64,000 bases of DNA, from the NCBI GenBank assembly GCA_963817435.1, contig CAWFNY010000001.1:26895-90894 (forward strand). Direction: 5' to 3'. Below the pieces are notes generated by a model, which saw only the letters and a program-made list of their open reading frames with translations, had not been told where the DNA came from and did not search any database. How positions within the stretch are numbered: position 1 is the first letter of the stretch; every line of letters begins with the position of its first letter. Made by a program: the position numbers and the translations under genes. Below, one piece after another: positions 27,325-39,001 of the stretch. This stretch comes from an uncultured Gemmatimonadales bacterium. Lineage in GTDB: Bacteria > Gemmatimonadota > Gemmatimonadetes > Gemmatimonadales > GWC2-71-9.

Positions 27325-28494
27325 ATGGCGTGGCGACGGCTGCACCGGCCGCCACTCCATCGTCGGGGAACCCCGTGCTCCCCGGTATTGACGTCCTGCT
27401 CAGGGACAGTCGTCCAACTGGTGCGCGGCCGCCGGGTCGGGCTGGTGGCCAACCAGTCGAGCGTCGATCGTGCCGGCGTGAGCGACGTCGACCGGCTGCT
27501 TGGCGCCGGCATCACGCTCGTGGCGCTGTTCAGCCCGGAGCATGGCTTCCGCGGCACCGCCGATCCCGGCGAGGGCGTCTCCTCGTCCACCGACTCCGCC
27601 ACCGGCCTCCCAATCTACAGCCTCTATGGCAAGACGTGGGCGCCGACCGACAGCATGCTCGCGGGTGTAGATCTGCTGCTGGTGGACCTCCAGGACGCCG
27701 GCGCCCGCTACTTCACTTATCTCTGGACCACCACCGAGGTCATGCGCTCGGCGGCGAGGAGGGGGATCCCGGTCGTCGTCCTCGACCGCCCCAATCCGAT
27801 CGGCGGCGCGGTCGAGGGGAATGTGCTCGACACCGCCTTCCGCTCCGCGGTCGGTCTCCTCGCCATCCCGATGCGCCACGGCATGACCCTCGGCGAACTC
27901 GCGCGGCTCGCCCAGCACGATCTCGGACTCACGGCGGACCTGCGAGTGGTGCCGGTCTCCGGGTGGCGGCGGTCGCAGTACTTCGATGCGACGGGGCTCC
28001 CGTTCATCCCGCCGTCGCCCAATCTCAGGAGCCTCGAGTCGTTGATTCACTACCCCGGGCTCTGCCTGTTCGAGGGCACCAACCTCTCGGTGGGGCGGGG
28101 GACGGATCACCCCTTCGAGCAGATCGGGGCGCCCTGGCTCGATACCACGGCGGTGCTGGGGGCGCTCAGGGCGGCCGAGCTTCCTGGCGTGTCGTTCAGC
28201 GGGGTCCAGTTCACGCCGGTCCGTCCCGGGGACGGGAAGTATGCCGACACGCTGCTGACCGGTATCCGATTTCAGGTCACCGACCGGTCGCTTTACGATC
28301 CCACGAGCACCGCAGTCGCGCTGCTGCGCCTTCTCGGACCGCGGCTGGGGTTCACCCCACGCCAGTTCGATCGGCTCGCCGGCGACGGCGGGGCGCTGAG
28401 AGCATCGCTCCAGGGCGGCTCTCCTCCCGACTGGACCGGAGCACGGCGCCTCTTCCTGACCCGCCGCCATCCCTTCCTCATCTACCCCGAATAG
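27325..28494 (+). CDS. namZ: DUF1343 protein (exo-beta-N-acetylmuramidase NamZ/YbbC-like); the N-terminus is probably frameshifted
   Basis: RGRRVGLVANQSSV...ALFSPEHGFRG...LLVDLQDAGARYFTY...VLDRPNP...PSPN. The conserved N-terminal PGIDVLL motif and a signal peptide are encoded in the -1-offset frame, beginning at the ATG at 27246. Confidence 0.8.
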   Translation: MAWRRLHRPPLHRRGTPCSPVLTSCSGTVVQLVRGRRVGLVANQSSVDRAGVSDVDRLLGAGITLVALFSPEHGFRGTADPGEGVSSSTDSATGLPIYSLYGKTWAPTDSMLAGVDLLLVDLQDAGARYFTYLWTTTEVMRSAARRGIPVVVLDRPNPIGGAVEGNVLDTAFRSAVGLLAIPMRHGMTLGELARLAQHDLGLTADLRVVPVSGWRRSQYFDATGLPFIPPSPNLRSLESLIHYPGLCLFEGTNLSVGRGTDHPFEQIGAPWLDTTAVLGALRAAELPGVSFSGVQFTPVRPGDGKYADTLLTGIRFQVTDRSLYDPTSTAVALLRLLGPRLGFTPRQFDRLAGDGGALRASLQGGSPPDWTGARRLFLTRRHPFLIYPE

Positions 28495-28614
28495 CGGGGG
28501 CCGTTGAGCCTCGCTCCTTCCCCTAAACCGTTCCGCCGGTTATCGTTTGCGCGGTTTTCGGGGGCCCGCAATGCCGGTTCCCCACCCGTCGCACCCCCGA
28601 GGGACAGGCGCCAG

Positions 28615-29271
28615 GTGAAACTGATCACCAAGCCGGTGGAACGGGTCTTCTACTCCGTGACCCGGCCCTTCGTCGACGGCCTGATTCGGGCCGGGATCCG
28701 CCCGAACACCATCACCACCGTCGGGACCCTGCTGGTGGTCGCCTCGGCGGTGGCGTTCGGTCTGGGCTCGGTGCGCCTCGGGGGCCTGCTCTATCTGGTC
28801 AGCGGGATCGTGGACACGCTGGACGGCGCGGTGGCCCGCGCCAATGCCCAGGTCACCAAGTTCGGGGCGTTCTACGACTCCACCCTCGACCGGGTGGGCG
28901 ACGGTGCCACCTTCATGGGGATCGGGGTCTACTACCTCCTGGCGCCGGCCGGCAGCGTGGCCAACCGGGAGTGGGCGATCATGATCAGCATGGCGGCGAT
29001 CATCGCCTCGCTGCTGGTCTCCTACGCGCGGGCCCGCGCCGAAGGATTGGGCATCGACTGCAAGGTGGGCATCGTGCAGCGGGCCGAGCGGATCGTGGGG
29101 CTCGGGGTGCCGACGCTGCTGGTCGGCGCCGGTCCCGATGGGCTGGTGTTGTTCTGGATCGTGACGATTCTCGCGATTGCATCGGTCATTACCGTCGTGC
29201 AGCGCTTCGTGTACGTCTACCAGGTGACAGAGGGCGCACTCGCGTCCGACGCGCCGAAAGGACAGTCCTAG
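28615..29271 (+). CDS. CDP-alcohol phosphatidyltransferase (candidate phosphatidylinositol-phosphate synthase)
   Basis: DTLDGAVARANAQVTKFGAFYDSTLDRVGD matches DGx2ARx8Gx3Dx3D. I prefer the GTG at 28615 (GAGGGA upstream). An alternative TTG start is at 28504. The stop overlaps the next start (TAGTG). Confidence 0.8.
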   Translation: MKLITKPVERVFYSVTRPFVDGLIRAGIRPNTITTVGTLLVVASAVAFGLGSVRLGGLLYLVSGIVDTLDGAVARANAQVTKFGAFYDSTLDRVGDGATFMGIGVYYLLAPAGSVANREWAIMISMAAIIASLLVSYARARAEGLGIDCKVGIVQRAERIVGLGVPTLLVGAGPDGLVLFWIVTILAIASVITVVQRFVYVYQVTEGALASDAPKGQS

Positions 29272-30605
29272 TGGCAAACGGTACTCCCCGGCCGATCGCG
29301 CCGGCCAAGGGCAAGCTCGGTGTTCTCTGCGTCGGACTCGGCGCGGTCGCGACCACCTTCATCGCCGGCGTGGAGCTGATCCGCCGCGGCAAGGCCAAGC
29401 CGATCGGGTCACTCACCCAGATGGGCACCATCCGTCTCGGCAAGCGCACTGAAGGGCGCTCACCGCTCATCAAGGAGTTCGTGCCGCTTGCCGACCTGAA
29501 GGACCTGGTCTTCGGCGCCTGGGACCCGCTGCCGGACAACGCCTATCAGTCCTGCCTGCACTGCGGCGTGCTCGACAAGCACGAGCATGTCGAGCCGATC
29601 AAGGACTTCCTGCAGGCCATCACCCCGATGCCGGCCGCCTTCGACCAGCACTACGTCAAGCGCCTCGAGGGGAAGAACGTCAAGTCGGCGAAGAACAAGA
29701 AGGATCTCGCCGAGGCGCTCCGGAAGGACATCCGCGACTTCAAGGCGAAGCAGGGCTGTGACCGGCTGGTGATCGTGTGGTGCGCTTCGACGGAGATCTT
29801 CATCTCGCCCGGCCCCGCGCACCAGACGCTGGCCGCCTTCGAGAAGGCGATGGAGACCAACGACGCCTCGATCGCGCCGTCGATGCTGTACGCCTACGCG
29901 GCGATCATGGAGGGGGTGCCGTTCGCCAACGGCGCGCCGAACCTCTGCTGCGACATCCCGGCCATCGAGCAGCTCGCCAAGGACAAGGGCGTGGCGATCG
30001 GCGGCAAGGACTTCAAGACCGGCCAGACGATGCTCAAGACCGTGCTCTCGCCGATGTTCAAGGCGCGCATGCTCGGCGTGGCCGGCTGGTACTCGACCAA
30101 CATCCTCGGCAACCGTGACGGCGAAGTGCTCGACGATCCGGAGAGCTTCAAGACCAAGGAAGAGTCGAAGCTCGGCGTGCTGGAAGACATCCTGCAGCCC
30201 AAGATCTACCCCGACCTCTACGGCAATCTGTTCCACAAGGTGCGGATCAACTACTACCCGCCGCGTGGAGACAACAAGGAGGGCTGGGACAACATCGACA
30301 TCTTCGGGTGGTGCGGGTACCCGATGCAGATCAAGGTGGACTTCCTCTGCCGCGACTCCATCCTTGCCGCCCCGCTGGTGCTCGACCTGGCGATCTTCTT
30401 CGACCTGGCCCAGCGCGCCAATCTCTCGGGAATCCAGGAGTGGCTGTCATTCTACTTCAAGAGTCCGCAGGTGGCGCCGGGGCTGTATCCGGAGCATGAC
30501 CTCTTCATCCAGCAGACCAAGATGAAGAACACGCTGCGCTGGCTGATGGGTGAGGCGTCGATCACCCACCTCGGCGTCGAGTATTACGAGTACGGCGAGA
30601 AGTAG
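29271..30605 (+). CDS. ino1: myo-Inositol-1-phosphate synthase
   Basis: GKLGVLCVGLGAVATT...GKDFKTGQTMLKTVL...WYSTNILGNRDG...KEESK. Confidence 0.93.
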   Translation: MANGTPRPIAPAKGKLGVLCVGLGAVATTFIAGVELIRRGKAKPIGSLTQMGTIRLGKRTEGRSPLIKEFVPLADLKDLVFGAWDPLPDNAYQSCLHCGVLDKHEHVEPIKDFLQAITPMPAAFDQHYVKRLEGKNVKSAKNKKDLAEALRKDIRDFKAKQGCDRLVIVWCASTEIFISPGPAHQTLAAFEKAMETNDASIAPSMLYAYAAIMEGVPFANGAPNLCCDIPAIEQLAKDKGVAIGGKDFKTGQTMLKTVLSPMFKARMLGVAGWYSTNILGNRDGEVLDDPESFKTKEESKLGVLEDILQPKIYPDLYGNLFHKVRINYYPPRGDNKEGWDNIDIFGWCGYPMQIKVDFLCRDSILAAPLVLDLAIFFDLAQRANLSGIQEWLSFYFKSPQVAPGLYPEHDLFIQQTKMKNTLRWLMGEASITHLGVEYYEYGEK

Positions 30606-30613
30606 GCCTCCGG

Positions 30614-30904
30614 ATGAAATATTTCCATAGAACTCACATCGCCCCGGACGCCGTGATGGCGCAGGCGAACGCCTTCTTCGGGCCGCGCCTCGCGCCGACC
30701 GAGGAGGCGCCCAGACGCCGGCGCTTCTCCGGCACGCTCGGGCAGATCGCAGTGGACGTTCAGGCGGAGGGCGGGCACTACACGCTGATCACGGTGGAAA
30801 CCAACCAGCCCGGCGAGAGCGAAGCCGACAAGCTGGCGAAGCGGTTCCTCACGGTGGTGCACACGATGGCAGACCCGTCGCACGAGGCACGCGGCGCATA
30901 CTGA
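30614..30904 (+). CDS. Small hypothetical protein (96 aa), last gene of the inositol operon
   Basis: The ORF starts 8 nt after the ino1 stop and is followed by a 17-bp hairpin. I recognise no family. Confidence 0.5.
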   Translation: MKYFHRTHIAPDAVMAQANAFFGPRLAPTEEAPRRRRFSGTLGQIAVDVQAEGGHYTLITVETNQPGESEADKLAKRFLTVVHTMADPSHEARGAY

Positions 30905-30920
30905 GCACATCGGGTCGGCC

Positions 30921-30959
30921 GCAGCGGAAGGGCGGGTCCCAGACCCGCCCTTCCGCTGC
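30921..30959 (+). terminator. 17-bp stem hairpin terminator
   Basis: GCAGCGGAAGGGCGGGT-CCCAG-ACCCGCCCTTCCGCTGC. There is no clear U-tract. Confidence 0.55.
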
Positions 30960-31001
30960 GCGACCCGCCATTCATTCACGATTCCGAGGAGAAGGCTCCC
31001 C

Positions 31002-33460
<2,459 letters not shown>

Positions 33461-33498
33461 GCGGCTGCCACGGATTCCGGGGCCCTGCGGGGCCTCAG

Positions 33499-33534
33499 CA
33501 CGGGGGGCGGCCGAGCGATCGGTCGCCCCCCGTG
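33499..33534 (+). terminator. Hairpin after hppA
   Basis: CACGGGGGGCG...CGCCCCCCGTG (11-bp stem). Confidence 0.4.
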
Positions 33535-33553
33535 GACATTTCCCCCTCACGAC

Positions 33554-36179
33554 GTGAGCCGCATGCGTCCGCTCCTCGCGATCGCCCTCCTGTGCATGGT
33601 CGCCGCCGGGCAGAGCCGGGCCCAGGCGCCGGCGGCGCCATATCGGAATGCCTCGCTTCCCGTCAGCGCGCGGGTCGCCGACCTGCTCGGTCGCATGACG
33701 CGCGAGGAGAAGTTCTGGCAGCTCTTCCTGCATCCCGCCGATTCTGCCGGCGCGGTGCAGCCGGGCCCTGGACGTTTCGGTATCCAGGTCCGCACGACCG
33801 GCTCGACCATTGATGCGGCCCGGCAGCTCAACCGGGTGCAGCGGATGTTTGTCGAGGGCACCCGGCTCGGCATTCCCGTCCTGCTGGTGGACGAAGCGCT
33901 CCACGGCGTGACCGAGCCGGGCGCCGTCAGTTATCCGCAGGCCATCGCGCTTGCCGCCACCTGGGACACGGCGCTTGCGGGCCGAGTGGCCACCGCGATC
34001 GCCCGCGAGGCGCGCGCCCGGGGGATCCGGCTGGTGCTCTCCCCGGTGCTCAACCTGGCGAGTGACGCGCGCTGGGGCCGGGTAGAGGAGACCTATGGCG
34101 AGGACCCGGTCCTCGTCTCCGCGACCGGTCTCGCCTTCGTCCGCGCGTTCGAGCAGGCCGGCATCGTTGCGACTCCCAAGCATCTCGTCGCCAACGTCGG
34201 GGAGGGCGGGCGCGACAGCTATCCGATCGAATGGAGCGTACGCCGGCTTCGCGAGGAGTTCCTGCCGCCGTTCGATGCCGCCTTGCGGAGCGGCGGTGCC
34301 GGCGCGGTGATGGCCGCGTACAACTCGGTCGACGGCCGCCCCGCCTCGGCCAGCCCGTGGCTCCTCGATACACTGCTCCGGCGCGAATGGGGCTTCCGCG
34401 GCGTCACCATCTCCGACGCGGGTGGTGTGGGCGGAGCCAACGTGCTGCATGGCACCGCATCGGGGTACGCGGAAGCAACCGCGCGGGCACTCGCGAGCGG
34501 ACTCGACGTGGTCTTCCAGGGGAGTGCAGAGAGCGCGCCCCTCTTCGAGGAGGCGGTTCTCCGCGGACTCGTGCCTGACTCGGTGCTCGATACCGCGGTG
34601 GCGCGGGTGCTGCGGCTCAAGCTCCAGATGGGGCTCTTCGAGCACCCCTACGCGGACACGGCCGAGGCCCGCGCGGTAGATGCCGATACCAGCGCACACG
34701 CCCTGGCCGAAACCGTCGCGGAGCGGTCGGTGGTGCTGCTCCGCAACGAGCGGGAGGTGCTGCCGCTCGCCGGACCGCGCCTCCGGTCGCTCGCCCTGAT
34801 CGGGGTCGATGCCGCGGAGCCGCGGCTCGGCGGCTACGCCGGGCCCGGGCGCGCGCCGGTGAGCCTCCTCGCCGCCCTGCGGAGGCGCCTGGGCACCGGG
34901 CGCGTGCGGTATCGCCCCGGTCCGGGCAGGAATGTCGCTCCCTTTCCCACGATCCCCACCGAATGCCTGCTGCCTGACACGGGGACGGGACACGGTCTGG
35001 TGGGAGAATATTTCGCGGGCATCTCGCTGGCCGGTCCGGCTCTGGTGTCCCGCCTCGACCCGGCGGTCGACTTTCACTGGACCATCGTGCCGCCGGCCAA
35101 GGGACTCGAGCGTCACTGGTACTCCGTGCGCTGGACGGGGCGGCTCGTCGCTCCGGTGAATGGGCCGGTCCACATCGGCATCGAGGGGGATGACGGCTTC
35201 CGGCTCTTCGTCGACGACCGCCTGGTCCTCGATCGCTGGGAGAAGCGGGGCTACTCGTCGGAGAGCGCCGTGCTTCGACTCACCCGGGGGCGCCGCTATG
35301 CGCTCCGGCTCGAGTTCCGCGAGCCGACCGGCAACGGCCGGGTCCGGCTCTTCTGGGACGTGGGACGGCGGGATGACGCGCAGGCCCGGATCGCGGAGGC
35401 GGTACAGGCCGCGCGCGTGGCCGACGTGGCCGTGGTCGTGGCCGGCCTCGAGGAGGGGGAATTCCGCGACCGCGCCTCACTCGGCCTCCCCGGGCACCAG
35501 GCGGAGCTGATCCGCCGGGTGGCGGCGACGGGCCGGCCGGTGATCGTGGTGATCGTCGGCGGTGGCGCGGTGACGATGCAGCCATGGCTCGACCGGGTCG
35601 CCGCGGTGCTCGATGCCTGGTATCCCGGTGAGGCGGGCGGAGAGGCGATCGCCGCGATCCTCCTCGGCGAGGCGGCCGCCCGGCGGGCGGCTGCCGATCA
35701 CCTTTCCGCGATCGGTGGGCCAGCTCCCGCTGGTCTACAACCACAGGCCCACCGGCCGCGGGGACGATTACCTGGATGAAAGCGGACTCCCGCTCTTTCC
35801 CTTCGGTTACGGGCTGGGCTACACGACCTTCGAATACACGGGGCTCGGCATCACCCGGGATTCCCTGGCGCCGGGCGATTCCGCGATCGTCCAGCTCACG
35901 GTGCGCAACAGCGGCACGCGCGCGGGGGACGAGGTCGTCCAGCTCTACCTCCACCGGCCAGTCGCGTCCCTGGCGCAGCCGGTGATGCAGCTCAAGGCGT
36001 TTGCCAGAGTTCACCTCGCGGCAGGCGAGGAGCGGGTGGTGCGCTTCGCGGTGGGCCACGCCGAACTCTCGACGCTGGATGCCGCGCTCCGGCCGGTCGT
36101 GGAGCCGGGTGAGGTCGAGGTGATGGTCGGTGCCTCCTCCCGCGATATCCGCCTGCGAGGAGCGTTCACCGTCCGGTAG
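33554..36179 (+). pseudogene. GH3 beta-glucosidase (BglX-like with PA14 insert) carrying an apparent 1-nt insertion near 35675-35680
   Basis: Signal peptide, then GIPVLLVDEALHG...KHLVANVGEGG...AVMAAYNSVDG...TISDAGG, and a PA14-like GLVGEYF...VRWTGRL. The frame breaks after AWYPGEAGGEAIAAILLGEA. The conserved PGGRLPITFPRSVGQLPLVYNH...LFPFGYGLGYTTFEY continues in the +1 frame to 36179. Confidence 0.85.
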
Positions 36180-36318
36180 CCGAACCTCTCCTCCTCGCTT
36201 CTCCTGGCCCTGATTCAATCTGCGACGATCGCGGGCGCCGGCGCGCCAGAGTGGAACCGGAGGCAGCCGACCTTCGTACGACGGCGAACCTTCCACTCTC
36301 CCCTCTGCTGGAGACCGT

Positions 36319-37485
36319 ATGACTCGCGCCCGCCGGTTCGGAATGCTCGTCCTCACCCTCACCGGGCTGCTGTCCGTCACTGCGCACGCGCAGGACAGCG
36401 GCGCCTTCCTGGTCCGGCTCGGCAATGACACGACCAGTGTCGAGCGGTTCACCCTTTCCGCTTCTCGTCTCGAGATCGATCAGGCCAGCCGAGTGCCGCG
36501 CACCCTGCTCCGGCATGCCACCGTGCGCTTCGCGCCGAGCGGGGCCATCACCTCGGCGGAGGTGCGCATCACCAGGGCGGGAGCTCCAGCGGAAGCCCCG
36601 CCGCTGCAGCGCGTGACGGCGGCGTTCACCAGTGATTCGGTGCATGTCGAGATGCGCGCCGACACCAATGTCCGGAGGATGAGTGCGGCCGTTCCGGCGG
36701 GTGCGGCAGTGCCGGTGATCTCCGGCTGGACGATGTACGACATGCTCTCGATGCGGCTGGTGAAGCAGGGGGGCGACTCGCTCCACCTCCCGATGTACTA
36801 TCTCGGCGCGCCCAATCTGAGCTGGGTGGCGATCCGGCGGCTCGGGAAGGATTCGGTCGACATCGAGACCGAGAACGATCAGTACCACGCGAAGATCGAC
36901 CGCGCCGGCCGGCTGCAGGGCGCCCGTCCGATCCGTGGCACGCAGCAATTTTCCATCGAGCGGCAGGCGTCGCTCGACGTGAACGCCTATGCCGCCGCCT
37001 TTGCCCTCCGCGAACAGCAGGGCGGCCCGGCGGGTCAGCTCTCCCCGCGCGACACCGTGAACACGCCCGCCGCCGGGGCCACACTCTGGGTGGATTATGG
37101 GCGCCCTTCGGTGCGCGGCCGGACGATATTCGGCGGGGTGGTGCCGTGGGGTGAGGTCTGGCGCACCGGCGCCAACGCCGCGACCCAGTTCAAGACCGAC
37201 AAGCCGCTTGTCTTCGGCAACATCGTCGTGCCCGCCGGGATGTACACGCTCTGGACCCTGCCGACCCGGACCGGCTGGACCCTGCTGATCAATTCGCAGA
37301 CGGGGCAGTGGGGCACCGAACATGATCCGTCGAAGGATCTCTACCGGATCCCGATGAGCGTCCAGACCAATGCGTCGGTCACCGAACACTTCACCATTCA
37401 CATCGCGCCGAACGACAAGGGGGGACAGATCCATTTCGTCTGGGATCGCACCGTTGCCGCGGTCGATTTCACAGTGCAGCAGTAG
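36319..37485 (+). CDS. Secreted protein with C-terminal DUF2911-like domain
   Basis: Signal peptide ...LLSVTAHAQD. C-terminal YGRPSVRGRTIFGGVVPWGEVWRTGANAAT...AGMYTLWTLP...WTLLINSQTGQWG. Confidence 0.7.
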   Translation: MTRARRFGMLVLTLTGLLSVTAHAQDSGAFLVRLGNDTTSVERFTLSASRLEIDQASRVPRTLLRHATVRFAPSGAITSAEVRITRAGAPAEAPPLQRVTAAFTSDSVHVEMRADTNVRRMSAAVPAGAAVPVISGWTMYDMLSMRLVKQGGDSLHLPMYYLGAPNLSWVAIRRLGKDSVDIETENDQYHAKIDRAGRLQGARPIRGTQQFSIERQASLDVNAYAAAFALREQQGGPAGQLSPRDTVNTPAAGATLWVDYGRPSVRGRTIFGGVVPWGEVWRTGANAATQFKTDKPLVFGNIVVPAGMYTLWTLPTRTGWTLLINSQTGQWGTEHDPSKDLYRIPMSVQTNASVTEHFTIHIAPNDKGGQIHFVWDRTVAAVDFTVQQ

Positions 37486-37589
37486 TTCGCGTTCGCTCAT
37501 GACCCGACGGTAGGGCGGTTCCGCGAGGGACCGCCCTTTCGCCTTTTCCCGCCGTCCTCTATCGTAGGTCACCCTCAACAGGATCTTCA

Positions 37590-38900
37590 ATGCGTCCGAT
37601 CGTCGCGCTGGCACTTCCCGCCCTTCTGGTCGCTGCGCCGCTCGCCGCCCAGACCGACGCCGAGATCGCGGCCGCGACGATCCGGATCGCGCCGCGGATG
37701 ATCGAGATCCGGGAGGACATCCATCGCAACCCGGAGCTGAGCAATCGGGAGACGCGCACCGCCGCGCTCGTCGCCGCCGAGCTCACCCGGCTCGGCTTCG
37801 AGGTCAGGACCGGCGTCGCCCATACCGGCGTGATCGGGATCCTGCGCGGCGCCAAGCCGGGGAAGGTCGTCGCCGTCCGCGCCGACATGGACGCGCTCCC
37901 CGTCACCGAGCAGACCGATCTCCCCTTCAAGTCGGTCGCCAGGGCGACCTACCTCGGCCGCGAGGTGGGTGTCTCTCACGCCTGCGGCCACGACATCCAC
38001 GTCGCCTCCGAACTGGGCGTCGCCAATATTCTCGCGGGGATGAAGCAGCGTCTGGCTGGTACGGTCGAGTTCATCTTCCAGCCGGCGGAGGAAGGTGCAC
38101 CAGACGGCGAAACCGGCGGGGCCAAGCTGATGGTGGAGGAGGGCGCCCTCGAGAATCCGCGCCCCGATCTCATCCTCGGCTTCCACACCCAGGGCGGGCC
38201 GCCCGACGCGCCGGGCAATGACGAGCAGCTCGGCCGTATCTCCTATTCGCCCGGACCGGCACTCGCGTCGGCCACCAAGTGGACGGCCCATGTCGTCGGC
38301 CGCCAGGCGCACGGCTCCACGCCGCAGCTCAGCATCGACGCGATCGTGACGGCCTCCCAGGTCGTGCTCGGGCTGCAGACGATTCACTCGCGCAACGTCT
38401 CCCCCTTCGCGCCGAGCGTGCTCACGGTCGGCGTCTTTCGCGCGGGGGACCGGAACAACATCATCTCCGGGGATGCCTATCTGGAGGGCACCATCCGCAC
38501 GTTCGACGACAGCCTCATGGGCTTCTACGAGCAGCGCATGCGGGAGGTCTTCGATGGCGTGACGCGCGCTGCGGGCGCCAGCTACACCATCGACTTCAGC
38601 GAGCCCTATCCGGTGACCGTCAACGACAGCGGGCTCAGCGCCCGCTTTGCGCCGGTGCTCTCGCGGGTCGTGGGCGCGGACCACATCCGCCAGGCGCCGC
38701 CGCTCACCGGCGCCGAGGACTTCTCCTACTTCGCGCGCGTGGTGCCGGGGTTCTTCTTCTTCGTCGGCGTCGTGCCGGATGGCAAGGTCTCCGGTGGCCA
38801 CCACACGCCGACCTTCTATGCCGACGATCAGGCGATTCCGGTCGCGATGCGCGCGATGACCGCGCTGGTCATCAACGCGCTGGGCACGCCGGGGAAGTAG
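37590..38900 (+). CDS. M20D-family amidohydrolase (N-acyl-L-amino acid amidohydrolase-like), secreted
   Basis: IHRNPELSNRE...VAVRADMDALP...HACGHD...FQPAEEG. Confidence 0.88.
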   Translation: MRPIVALALPALLVAAPLAAQTDAEIAAATIRIAPRMIEIREDIHRNPELSNRETRTAALVAAELTRLGFEVRTGVAHTGVIGILRGAKPGKVVAVRADMDALPVTEQTDLPFKSVARATYLGREVGVSHACGHDIHVASELGVANILAGMKQRLAGTVEFIFQPAEEGAPDGETGGAKLMVEEGALENPRPDLILGFHTQGGPPDAPGNDEQLGRISYSPGPALASATKWTAHVVGRQAHGSTPQLSIDAIVTASQVVLGLQTIHSRNVSPFAPSVLTVGVFRAGDRNNIISGDAYLEGTIRTFDDSLMGFYEQRMREVFDGVTRAAGASYTIDFSEPYPVTVNDSGLSARFAPVLSRVVGADHIRQAPPLTGAEDFSYFARVVPGFFFFVGVVPDGKVSGGHHTPTFYADDQAIPVAMRAMTALVINALGTPGK

Positions 38901-39001
38901 GCATCCGATGCGGGCGGGTCGCCTTCTGGTGACCCGCAACGTATCTTGACCCGTCCCGCGCGCCGTCCGATCTTCCCGGGCGCCCAACCCCAGCCCATGG
39001 C

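Noticed and set aside
33461-33813. C-terminal extension of the middle hppA fragment (ORF 31273..33813) past 33460
   Set aside because: This run-on of the wrong frame follows the second frameshift. It crosses the hppA stop, a terminator hairpin and the start of the GH3 gene.
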